This document shows, in pieces, positions 29,734 to 40,227 of a stretch of 64,000 nucleotides of DNA. The first letter of the stretch is position 1. Each line of letters starts with the position of its first letter. The DNA comes from an uncultured bacterium (GTDB taxonomy: Bacteria > Krumholzibacteriota > Krumholzibacteriia > JACNKJ01). The position numbers were made by a program, and so were the translations under genes. A model generated the notes under the pieces. That model did no database searches. It had not been told where the DNA came from and was given only the letters and a program-made list of their open reading frames with translations. The stretch is from NCBI GenBank assembly GCA_963695095.1, contig CAVOFT010000001.1:1472001-1536000 (forward strand). The letters run 5' to 3'.

Positions 29734-31506
29734 TTGCAGCAGGCCCCAGCCCCGATCCTGCGCCTCCGCGAGCCGCCGCCGGCGGGCGAGGTCGAGTCCC
29801 TGGCCCTGGCGCTCGAGCTGCCTCGCGCCGTGGCCGCCCTCGCCTGGCAGCGCGGTCTGCGGGACGCGGCGGCCTGGCGCCTCTGGCGCGAGAGCGACCC
29901 CGGTCAGCAACACGATCCCTTCCTGCTGCCGGACATGGCGCCGGCCGTCGATCGCCTGCGCTTCGCGCGCGAGCACGATCAGAAGGTGCTCATCCACGGC
30001 GACTACGACGTGGACGGCCTCACCGGTGCCGCCCTCCTGCGCCGCGCGCTGCGCGGTCTGGGCCTGGCCGCCGAGGCCTTCGTTCCCCATCGCGAGCGCG
30101 ATGGCTACGGCCTTTCCCGCCGCGCCCTGGAGAACGCGGCCGGGGCCGGCTGCAGCCTTGTCGTCACCGTCGATTGCGGCTCCTCCGAAGGCGCGCTGAT
30201 CGAGGAGTTCGCCCTGCGCGGGGTGGACACCATCATCACCGACCATCACCTCAGCACGGAGCGGCCCGAGGCCCTGGCCTTCGTCAGTCCCAAGCGGGCG
30301 GCGAGTCGCTACCCCTACGCCGAGCTCTGCGGCAGCGCCCTGGCCTACAAGCTGGCCCGCGCCCTGCACGAGGCGCTGGGCCGGCCCCTGCCCGCCGAGA
30401 CCTGGCTGGATTTCGTGGCCCTGGGCACGGTGGCCGACGTCTCGCCGCTCACGGGCGAGAACCGCTTGCTGGTGATGGCCGGCCTGCGCGAGATGAGCCG
30501 CCGTCTCACGGCGCGCCCGGGCTCTCGCGCCGACCGCCATCCCGCCTGGCGAGCCCTGGCCCGCGTGGCCGGCCTGGAGGCCGGCGAGCTGAGCGCTCAG
30601 GATCTGGCCTACCGCTTGGCGCCGCGACTGAACGCGCCGGGGCGCCTCGGCTCCGCCCAGCTCGCCCTGCAGCTCCTGATCAGCGAGGACAGCGGCGAGG
30701 CCGCGGCCCTGGCCACCCGCATCGAGGCCCTCAATTCGCGGCGGCGCGAGCTGGAGGGCGAGATCACGGAGGCCGCCCGCGGGCAGGCCCGCGAGCGGAT
30801 GGCCAGGGCCACCGAGGCCGAGCAGGCGCTGGGCCTGCTCGCCCTGGCCGACACCGGCTGGCACCCCGGCGTGCTGGGGATCAGCGCCGCGCGACTCAGC
30901 GAGGAGTTCGGGCGGCCGGTGATCCTGGCCGGTCTGGACAGCGCGGGCGGCGCGCGCGGATCGGGCCGCGGACCCGAGAGCCAGACGCTCGACCTCAAGG
31001 CCCTGCTGGATGCCTGCGCCCGCCACCTCGAGCGCCACGGCGGCCACCGGCGCGCCGTGGGCTTCTCCGTGCGGCCGGGCGCCTGGGCGGACTTCGCCGC
31101 CGCCCTCGAGCGCGAAGCCCCGCCCTTGCCGGCGCCGGCGCCGCTGACCGCCGACCTCGTCATCGCGGCGGCCGAGCTGGACCGCCGCTTCCTCGACGGC
31201 CTCGAGCGGCTCGGCCCCTTCGGCGAGGGCAATCCCGAGCCGCTGCTGCTGCTGCGCGAGGCGGTGCCACTGGACAGCCGCGTCCTCAAGGGCCAGCACC
31301 TGCGTCTGGACGTCCAGGCGCCCGGCGGCGAGCGCTTCAAGGTGATGGCCTTCGGGCGCGCGGCCGCGCTGGAAGGGCGCCTGCATCGGGGCGTCGCCCT
31401 GGATCTGTGCCTGCGCGTGAGCCGGGACACCTTCCAGCGCGCGCCGGGCGAGCATGGGCTCGCCCTGCAGCTCGTCGACCTGGCTCCGGCGGGGACGGCG
31501 GCATGA
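29734..31506 (+). CDS. recJ: Single-stranded DNA exonuclease RecJ
   Basis: GDYDVDG, TVDCG, TDHH, LGTVADV, PRLNAPGRL, GGH, PFGEGNPEP; TTG start with SD GGAGGAG. Confidence 0.93.
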   Translation: MQQAPAPILRLREPPPAGEVESLALALELPRAVAALAWQRGLRDAAAWRLWRESDPGQQHDPFLLPDMAPAVDRLRFAREHDQKVLIHGDYDVDGLTGAALLRRALRGLGLAAEAFVPHRERDGYGLSRRALENAAGAGCSLVVTVDCGSSEGALIEEFALRGVDTIITDHHLSTERPEALAFVSPKRAASRYPYAELCGSALAYKLARALHEALGRPLPAETWLDFVALGTVADVSPLTGENRLLVMAGLREMSRRLTARPGSRADRHPAWRALARVAGLEAGELSAQDLAYRLAPRLNAPGRLGSAQLALQLLISEDSGEAAALATRIEALNSRRRELEGEITEAARGQARERMARATEAEQALGLLALADTGWHPGVLGISAARLSEEFGRPVILAGLDSAGGARGSGRGPESQTLDLKALLDACARHLERHGGHRRAVGFSVRPGAWADFAAALEREAPPLPAPAPLTADLVIAAAELDRRFLDGLERLGPFGEGNPEPLLLLREAVPLDSRVLKGQHLRLDVQAPGGERFKVMAFGRAAALEGRLHRGVALDLCLRVSRDTFQRAPGEHGLALQLVDLAPAGTAA

Positions 31507-33702
31507 ACAGCGCAGGACCGCCTCCCATCGCCCGCGATCCGGACGGCGCCGCCGAGCTGGCGGAGCTGCTGGCCACGGCCCGCCGGCTATCGCCGCAGGT
31601 GAACGCGGAGATCGTCGAGAAGGCCTACCGGCGCGCGCATGCCGCGCATGCCGAGCAGCGGCGGGTCTCCGGCGAGCCCTACTTCGTCCACGTGCTCGCC
31701 GTCGCCCGCACCTGCGCCGAGCTGAACCTGGGCTCCAACGCCATCGCCGCCGCGCTCCTGCACGACACCGTCGAGGATGCCGGACTCAGCCCCGATCAGC
31801 TGCGCGAGGAGTTCAACCCGACGGTGGCCCTGCTCGTCGACGGCGTGAGCAAGATCGGCGCCCTGCGCTTCGAGAGCGCCGAGCGCGCCCAGGCGGAGAA
31901 CTTCCGCAAGCTGCTCCTGCACATGAGCCGCGACATCCGCATCCTGCTCATCAAGCTGGCGGACCGGCTGCACAACATGGCCACGCTCGAGCACCTGCCG
32001 CTGGACAAGCAGGAGCGCATCGCCCGGGAGACGATGGAGATCTACGCGCCGCTCGCCCACCGCCTGGGCATCGGCCGGGTCAAGTGGCAGCTGGAGGACA
32101 TGGCCTTCAAGTTCCTGGAGCCCGAGGCCTACGAGCGCGTCGCCGAGACGATGGGCATGCGGCGGGAGGGGCGCGAGAGCCTGATCGACGTCCATGCGCG
32201 ACCGCATCCAGGCCGCCATGGACGAGAACGGCATCGAGTGCGCGGTGGAGGGGCGCGCCAAGCACCTCTACAGCGTCTGGCGCAAGATGCAGGACCAGCA
32301 CCTGGGCGCGGACGAGATCCTGGACCTGATGGCCATCCGCATCATCACCGAGAGCGTGGCCGACTGCTATCACGCGCTCGGCGTGGTGCACACGCTCTTC
32401 AAGCCGCTGCCCCAGCGCTTCAAGGACTACATCGCCACGCCCAAGCGCAACGGCTACCAGAGCCTGCACACGGCGGTGATCGGGGAGGACGGCAGCGTCT
32501 TCGAGGTCCAGATCCGCACCTACCAGATGCACGAGATCGCCGAGTTCGGCATCGCCGCGCACTGGCGCTACAAGGCCGGCGCCGCCGGCGCCGAGAAGCT
32601 CGAGGACCTGGGCACCAGCCGCGAGCTGGACTTCCTGCGCACCTTCCTCGACGAGCTCAAGGGCGGCGAGTGGAGCGAGGATCCCTCCGAGTTCATGGCC
32701 CACCTGAAGATCAACCTGTTCCAGGACGGCATCTTCGTCTTCACGCCGCGCGGGGATCTGCACATCCTGCCCGTCGGCGCGACGGCGCTGGACTTCGCCT
32801 ATGCCATCCACACGCAGGTGGGCGACCGCTGCATGGGCGCCAAGATCGACGGCAAGATCGTGCCCCTGCGCCGGCCGCTGGAGAGCGGCGAAGTGGTGGA
32901 GATCCTCACGCGCAAGGACGCGCGGCCCAGCCGCGACTGGCTCGGCTACGTCAAGACGAGCAAGGCGGTCAGCCGCATCAAGCGGCGCCTGCGCGAAGGC
33001 GAGCTGGCCCAATCCCTGCTGCTCGGCCGCGAGCTGCTCGAGCGCGAGTTCAAGCGCCACCATCGGCCACCGCCCGATGAGGCGCAACTCGCCGCCGTGG
33101 CGGAGGCGCTCGGCGTGGAGAACGCGGAGCACGTGGTGGAGGGCGTCGGCCGGGGCAACCTCTCGGCGGCCTCGGTGCTGAACCGCGTCTACCCGCCCGA
33201 GGAGCGGGAGCCGGCGCTCTTCGACGAGGAGCGGGCCACCCGCATCCGCCGCGACTCGGTGCGCGGCGTGCGCGTTGAAGGCCACGGCAACCTGATGATC
33301 CGCTTCGCCGGCTGCTGCAGCCCGGTGCCGGGCGACGGCATCGTCGGCGTGGTCACCCGCGGCCGGGGCATCAGCGTGCACCGCAGCGACTGCCTGAACC
33401 TGGTCCAGGATCCCGGCCTCGAGGACCGGCGGGTGGCCGTCGAGTGGGATGTCGGCAAGAGCGAGACCTTCCTGGTCGGCCTCGAGGTGAGCGCGGAGGA
33501 TCGGCCCGACCTGCTCGTGGACATCACGGGCAAGATCTCCAAGACGGGCACCAACATCAGGAGCGGCAGCTTCGACCGCGACGAGCGCGACCTGCTCAAC
33601 CACTTCCACTTCACGCTCGAGGTGAAGGACACCGAGCAGATCGAGGAGATCCTGCGCCAGGTGCGCGGCGTGCGGGGGGTGCAGGATGTCTATCGCCGCT
33701 AG
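31503..33702 (+). CDS. rel: Bifunctional (p)ppGpp synthetase/hydrolase (frameshift near 32190)
   Basis: LLHDTVED, KLADRLHN, RFKDYI, YQSLHT, EVQIRT, TGS domain (DFAYAIHT), CCSPVPGD, ACT domain. Confidence 0.95.
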
Positions 33703-33735
33703 GGTCGCGGCCGGCCCCGCCGCCGGCGGCCCGCC

Positions 33736-34215
33736 GTGAGGGTCGTGGCGCAGCGGGTCGCGCGCGCGGCCGTGCGCGTCGAGGGCGAGACGGTGGGCGC
33801 CATCGAGCGCGGCCTCCTTCTGCTCTGCGCGTTCCAGGCCAGCGACGATACCGCGTGCGTGCAGTGGATGGCGGCCAAGCTGGCCGAGCTGCGCATCTTC
33901 CCAGATGCCGCGGGCAAGATGAACCGCTCCCTGCGCGAGGTGGGGGGCGCCGCGCTGGCGGTGAGCCAGTTCACGCTCTACGGCGACTGCCGCAAGGGCC
34001 GCCGGCCCAGCTTCGTGGGCTCGGCGCCGGCCGCCCAGGCCGCGGCGCTCTACGCGGAGTTCCTCGCCGCCCTGCGCGAGGAAGGGCTGCCGGTGGCCAG
34101 CGGCGTCTTCCAGGCGATGATGGAGGTCGAGCTGGTGAACGACGGCCCGGTCACGCTCATCCTGGATCGCGAGGCCCGGGACGCCGCTCCGCCGCCGTCC
34201 GGAGGCGAAGCGTGA
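33736..34215 (+). CDS. dtd: D-aminoacyl-tRNA deacylase
   Basis: MRVVAQRV, VSQFTL, NDGPVT. Confidence 0.95.
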   Translation: MRVVAQRVARAAVRVEGETVGAIERGLLLLCAFQASDDTACVQWMAAKLAELRIFPDAAGKMNRSLREVGGAALAVSQFTLYGDCRKGRRPSFVGSAPAAQAAALYAEFLAALREEGLPVASGVFQAMMEVELVNDGPVTLILDREARDAAPPPSGGEA

Positions 34216-34819
34216 ATCCCTTCGTCCCCGCCCGCGTGCAGGCGGATCTGGTGCTGGCTTCGGCCAGCCCGCGGCGGCGGGAACTGCTGGCCGGCCTCGG
34301 CTTCGACTTCCGTGTGCTGCCCAGCGACTACCGCGAGGACGACGGGGACCTGGCGCCGGCCGCGGCGGCCCGCGCCCATGCGCGCGGCAAGGCCGAGGCG
34401 GTGGCGCTCAGCGAGCCCGGGGCCCTCGTCATCGGCGCCGACACCCTGGTGGTGGTCGATGAAACGGCCTTGGGCAAGCCCCGCGACGCCGACGAGGCCC
34501 GCGCCATGCTGCGCCGCCTGGCCGGGCGCGCCCACACGGTGATCACCGGCCTGGCTCTGGCCCGCTACGAGCCCGGCTGCCAGCGCCTGACGAGCCGCGT
34601 GGAGGCCAGCCTCAGCGAGGTGCGCTTCCGCGCGCTGGCCGAAGCCGAAATCGCCGCCTATGTCGCGAGCGGCGAGCCCTTCGACAAGGCCGGCGCCTAC
34701 GGCATCCAGGGCCTGGCCGCGCAGTTCGTCACCGGGATCACGGGCTGCTACTTCAACGTGATGGGCCTGCCGCTGGAGCTGCTCACGCGCATGCTCTGCG
34801 CCTGGGACGGGGAGGGACC

Positions 34820-34823
<4 letters not shown>
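34212..34823 (+). CDS. maf: Maf-family nucleoside triphosphate pyrophosphatase
   Basis: LASASPRRRELL, IGADT, GKP, DKAGAYGIQG, NVMGLP. Confidence 0.93.
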
Positions 34824-35922
<1,099 letters not shown>

Positions 35923-35926
<4 letters not shown>

Positions 35927-36396
35927 CCATGACCGAAGCTCTCGTCCTCAAGACCCTGCACGCGCTGGGCGCCATTCTGCTGATCGGCAATGGCATGGTG
36001 AGCGCTCTCTGGAAGGGCCTGGCCGACCGCACGGGCGATGCGCGCATCGTCGCCCGCGCCCAGCGCAGCGTGGCGGTGGCCGACTGGGTCTTCAGCCTGC
36101 CCGGCGCGCTGCTCCTGCTGGTAACGGGCCTTGCGCGCATGGGCGAACTCGGCGGCATGGGCGCCCAGCCCTGGATCCGCCGCGGACTGGAGATCTACGC
36201 GCTGGTGGTCCTGCTCTGGCTGGCCGTGCTGGTGCCTGTGCAGGCCAAGCAGGGCAAGCTGGCCAAGGCCTTCGGCGCGGGCGGCGAGATCCCGCCGGCC
36301 TACCGGCGGCTGCGCCTCATCTGGAATCTGGTGGGGGGCATCGTGCTGCTGCTCTTGCTTGCGGCGCTGGTGTTCATGGTGCTCAGGCCGCTCTAG
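35923..36396 (+). CDS. DUF2269-family membrane protein
   Basis: LKTLHALG, ADWVF, LVPVQ, C-terminal LVFMVLRP; four TM segments. Confidence 0.75.
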
Positions 36397-36875
36397 CGCT
36401 CGGCCAGCAGGCGCCGGAGCTGGAAGGCGTGGCGCATCGGGTGCGTCACTGCGTGCTCGAGCATGGCGTCGATGCAGTAGGTCACGTTCCAGCGGGACTT
36501 GTACTCCTCGCCGAAGCGCTCCTCGTCGACCTCGACGAGCGGAGCGCGCCAGCCCGCCAGCACCTGTTCGAGGTAGCCGTCCGCTTCGGCCGCGATGCGC
36601 GCCACGGGCGGGGCCTCGGGGATGCCGGGCTCGGGCAGGCCGAGGCTCGCGCAGCACCAGACCATGTAGCCGCGGGCGCAGGCGAGCACGTGGCGCAGCA
36701 GGGTCTCCAGCGAGGCGTAGTCGGGATCTGCCGTCGCGGGCAGGGCCAGCTGCGTCGCGGCGGCCTCGCGCCACGCGGTGAGGAAGTCGCGCATCTGCTC
36801 CTCGTGCAGCAGCACGAGGGCGCGGGCGCCCTGGTACTGGTAGGCGGGCAGTGCGCTGGCTTCGGGCGCGGGCAT
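36393..36875 (-). CDS. DinB-like putative metalloprotein
   Basis: LLRHVL and MLEHAVTHPMRH His pattern. Confidence 0.6.
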   Translation of the reverse strand: MPAPEASALPAYQYQGARALVLLHEEQMRDFLTAWREAAATQLALPATADPDYASLETLLRHVLACARGYMVWCCASLGLPEPGIPEAPPVARIAAEADGYLEQVLAGWRAPLVEVDEERFGEEYKSRWNVTYCIDAMLEHAVTHPMRHAFQLRRLLAER

Positions 36876-36883
36876 GGCGTCTC

Positions 36884-37790
36884 CTAGACCTCGAGAAAGG
36901 TGCCGCGATCGAGCTGGGCGTAGGCCTCGCGCAGCTCCTGATCGCTGTTCATCACGATGGGACCGCGCCAGGCGACGGGCTCCCTCAGCGGCCGGCCCGA
37001 GACGAGCAGGAAGCGCAGGCCCTCCGCGCCGGCGGTCACGACCACCTCGTCGCCCCGATCGAAGAGGACGAGTGCGCGATTGGCCGCGCTGAGCCCGGGG
37101 TCAGGGCCGTCGACGCCCGCCGCGTTCTCCGTGGGCATGGCTTGTGGCGCGGACGCCCCGCCGAAGCGGCCCTCCCCGGCGAAGACGTAGGCGAAGGCGC
37201 TCGCCTCCAGGGCGACGGGCAGGCGCCGCCGCCGCCCGGCCGGTACGTCGACATCCAGGTAGACCGGATCGGCGGCGATGCCCTCCACCGGGCCGCGCTT
37301 GCCCCAGAACTCGCCGCAGACGATGCGCACGCGCGTGCCGTCGTCGTCGACGAGTTCGGGAATGTCGGCGGCGGCAATCTCCTGATAGCGCGGCGCCGTC
37401 ATCTTGAGCGCGGCGGGCAGGTTGGCCCACAGCTGGAAGCCGTGCATGCGGCCGCTCGCGTCGCCCCTGGGCATCTCCTGGTGGAGGATGCCCCGGCCGG
37501 CCGTCATCCACTGGATGTCGCCGGCGCCGATCGACGCCGCGGTTGCCCAGGCTGTCGCCGTGGGCGACCTCGCCGGCGAGCACGTAGGTGATCGTCTCGA
37601 TGCCGCGATGGGGGTGCCAGGGGAAGCCGGCCTCGTAGTCCGCCGGCTGCTCGCCGCGGAAATCGTCGAGGAGCAGGAAGGGGTCGGTCGCCGCCGTGTC
37701 GCCGAAGCCGAAGGCCCGCCTGAGCCGCACGCCCGCGCCCTCGAGGGTTGGCCGCGACTCGGTGAGTCGCTTCACGGGTCGAATGGACAC
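36884..37790 (-). CDS. Pirin family protein (frameshift near 37530)
   Basis: EGAGVRLRR, DPFLLLD, HPHRGIETITY, WMTAGRGILHQEMP, FQLWANLP, GPIVMN. Confidence 0.92.
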
Positions 37791-37857
37791 GGTCGACTCC
37801 TTTCGCTCCGGGTCAGTGGCCGGCAGCGCGACACGCGTGATGCCGCCGGTGCATTGC

Positions 37858-37923
37858 GCGGTCGCCGGGACCTCTCGCGCGCGCCTGTGAAGCGGCGCCA
37901 GCGCGGGAGGTCCCGGCGACCGC
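37858..37923. other. Long GC-rich inverted repeat directly after the peptidase stop codon
   Basis: 23-nt arms GCGGTCGCCGGGACCTCTCGCGC / GCGCGGGAGGTCCCGGCGACCGC with one non-Watson-Crick position. Confidence 0.8.
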
Positions 37924-40005
37924 TTATTTCACGAGCAGCATCTTGCGCGTCGCGCTGCCGTCGGCGGTCACGAGGCGGTAGAAGTAGACGCCCGAGCCCA
38001 CGGACTTGCCCGCGGCGTCGCGGCCGTCCCACTCGACCTCGTTGTCACCGGCGGCGAAGTCGCCGTCGGCGAGGACAGCCAGCCGGCGGCCGGCGACGTC
38101 GAAGACGCTAAGCGTCGCCTGGCCCGCGGCGGGCAGCGTGAAGCGGATCGTCGTCTTCGGGTTGAAGGGGTTGGGGCTGTTCTGCGCCAAGAGCAAACCG
38201 GCGGCCGGCGTGCCGCCCTCGCCGCCCGGCACCGCCGTCAGGTCCTCGACGATGTTGTGGTGCGCGAACTTCTGCGTGAAGACCGCCGCATGCGGCTGGC
38301 CGGGCTGCAGGGCCTGGGCCGCCGCGATCGTGGCGTAGGCCAGATCGCGCATCTTGGGCCCGAAGCCGATGCCGAAGTGGGACTCGAGCACGATCTGATC
38401 CACGCTGTCGCGCGTCTGGCCGTGGGTGCCGACCAGGGTGATCAGGCTCTGGAAGAGCGGCGTCGACCACAGCTCGTCGCTCTGGCCGCCGGGGATGCTC
38501 TGGTGGGCGCCGTAGGTGGTGCTGTGCACGTAGACCAGGTTCAGCTTGTTCATCAAGCGGCCGGACCAGCACAGGTTGCCCGTGCCGTGGCCGTCCCAGG
38601 AGAAGATCCACTCCGGGTGGTAGATGGCGCCGTTGGGCGTGCTGTAGCTGTAGGAGCCCGCCCAGTAGTCGCCGAAGCCCTCGCCGATGCCGCCCGTGTC
38701 GCCGCCGCTCCAGTTGCTGTTGATGCTGTAGTGGATGGCGTGGCCGTACTCGTGCAGCATGACGTCGCTGTCCTCGCTGTCGTCCACGCAGCCGTGGCCG
38801 AAGGACATGCGATTCGTACCGGAGGTGTAGTAGGAGTTGTCGGCGCCGTTGACGCCGTCGGTGTCGGTGCCGATCGAGCCCTCCTGGATGCCGGTGGCGC
38901 CGGTGAAGCCGAGCGCCTGCATGTAGCGCTGGTTCTGGTCGATCATGAAGTAGGTCATCGCGTCATTGAAGGCGTTGTTGCCGCGCGTGGCCGTCCAGTT
39001 GCCGTCGACCGTCGTGCTGGGCGCCGTTGCCGGCGGATCCCAGTTGATGATGTTCACCCAGGGGCCGGTCACGCGATAGAGGCCGCCGCTGAGGGTGATG
39101 TCATTCAAAGTGCGCGTGAAGTAGGCGGCCGTGAAGCTGGAGGCCGGGCTGCCGTCCTGCAGGCCGTCGTTCATCAGCGTGGCGCGAGGGTCGGGATCGA
39201 AGACGACGCCCGATCCGGTGGCGCGGCTGCCGCCCGCGGGGGCGCTCTCCAGCGTGGCGCGGGCCGCGAAGCGGGCGAAGGCCGCGGCGCGGTCGCCGGC
39301 CGGCCCGGCCAGGGCGCCGATGCGCTCGGCGGGCGTGGCCGTCGTGAAGTCGTCCGCCACGCGATAGAGGCGGCTGTCCGCGATGCCGAGCAGCTCGCCG
39401 CTGATGGCGTCCACCGTGAGCGCCCAGTGGCCGTAGGGTTCGGCGACCTCGAGCGCGAGCTGCCAGACGAGCCGGGGATGGCCGTCCGCCGCCTGCCAGA
39501 GCAGCGTCGCGCCGGGCGCGCTGAGCAGCTCGCCGCGCGCCCGCAGGGTCTGCCAGACGATCTCGTAAGCGGCCTCGCTGTCCAGGTGGGCGGTCGCGTC
39601 GGGCCGCTCGCTCAGGGGGTAGTAGTTGTTGTAGCTCTGGTAGACGCGGCCGTCCGCCTTGGCGATGGAGACGATCACCTCGCCGTGCTCGACGGCGAGG
39701 CCGGCCAGACGCTGCGCGAAGTGGTAGTGCGTGCCCAGCAGGCTCTCCTGGACGCTGGCCAGCTCGAGGTCGGTTAGATCCGTGGCGAGGCGGAAGCTCG
39801 CCACGCGGTCGGCGAGGAAGGCGCGGGCCAGCGCCTCGCCGGCCAGGTCGCCGGGCTGGCTCCAGGCGGGCTCGATCTGCAGCCGCGGCGTGCCGCGCCA
39901 GTCGTCGTGCCGAGTGTCGGGGAGCGTGCCGGCGGCCATGGCGGCCGCCGGCAAGACGACGGCGAGCAGGCAGAGCGCGAGGAGGCGGTGCGGGTTGCGC
40001 AGCAT
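37924..40005 (-). CDS. Secreted M36/M4-like zinc metallopeptidase with propeptide and FlgD/T9SS-like C-terminal domain
   Basis: Signal peptide; FTP-like propeptide; HEYGH and EGFGD; C-terminal QNSPNPFNP...SGVYFYRL...RKMLLVK. Confidence 0.85.
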   Translation of the reverse strand: MLRNPHRLLALCLLAVVLPAAAMAAGTLPDTRHDDWRGTPRLQIEPAWSQPGDLAGEALARAFLADRVASFRLATDLTDLELASVQESLLGTHYHFAQRLAGLAVEHGEVIVSIAKADGRVYQSYNNYYPLSERPDATAHLDSEAAYEIVWQTLRARGELLSAPGATLLWQAADGHPRLVWQLALEVAEPYGHWALTVDAISGELLGIADSRLYRVADDFTTATPAERIGALAGPAGDRAAAFARFAARATLESAPAGGSRATGSGVVFDPDPRATLMNDGLQDGSPASSFTAAYFTRTLNDITLSGGLYRVTGPWVNIINWDPPATAPSTTVDGNWTATRGNNAFNDAMTYFMIDQNQRYMQALGFTGATGIQEGSIGTDTDGVNGADNSYYTSGTNRMSFGHGCVDDSEDSDVMLHEYGHAIHYSINSNWSGGDTGGIGEGFGDYWAGSYSYSTPNGAIYHPEWIFSWDGHGTGNLCWSGRLMNKLNLVYVHSTTYGAHQSIPGGQSDELWSTPLFQSLITLVGTHGQTRDSVDQIVLESHFGIGFGPKMRDLAYATIAAAQALQPGQPHAAVFTQKFAHHNIVEDLTAVPGGEGGTPAAGLLLAQNSPNPFNPKTTIRFTLPAAGQATLSVFDVAGRRLAVLADGDFAAGDNEVEWDGRDAAGKSVGSGVYFYRLVTADGSATRKMLLVK

Positions 40006-40080
40006 GGTGGTCTCCGGGGCTGGGGCGGGGAGCTGGGGCAGGCACGCTGGACGCGCGTTACGAGAAAACGAGATCCTCCA

Positions 40081-40109
40081 ATTATCCCAGATTCGCGCGC
40101 TTCTGGCAA
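40081..40109 (-). promoter_or_regulatory. sigma70 promoter of the peptidase gene
   Basis: TTGCCA-17-GATAAT on the minus strand. Confidence 0.6.
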
Positions 40110-40137
40110 GCTCGCGGGTGGGGGCGGGGCGGTCCCG

Positions 40138-40167
40138 TTGACAGCGCAAAAAACGCTGTGCTAGCGT
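40138..40167 (+). promoter_or_regulatory. sigma70 promoter of the TonB/PorV operon with overlapping palindrome
   Basis: TTGACA-18-TAGCGT with TG extension; ACAGCG-N7-CGCTGT at 40141-40159. Confidence 0.6.
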
Positions 40168-40227
40168 GCACTACGCGAGCGGTTTCCTTCGCCCGCGCCT
40201 GTGCCGCCCTCGCCAAGGAAAGCCCAG

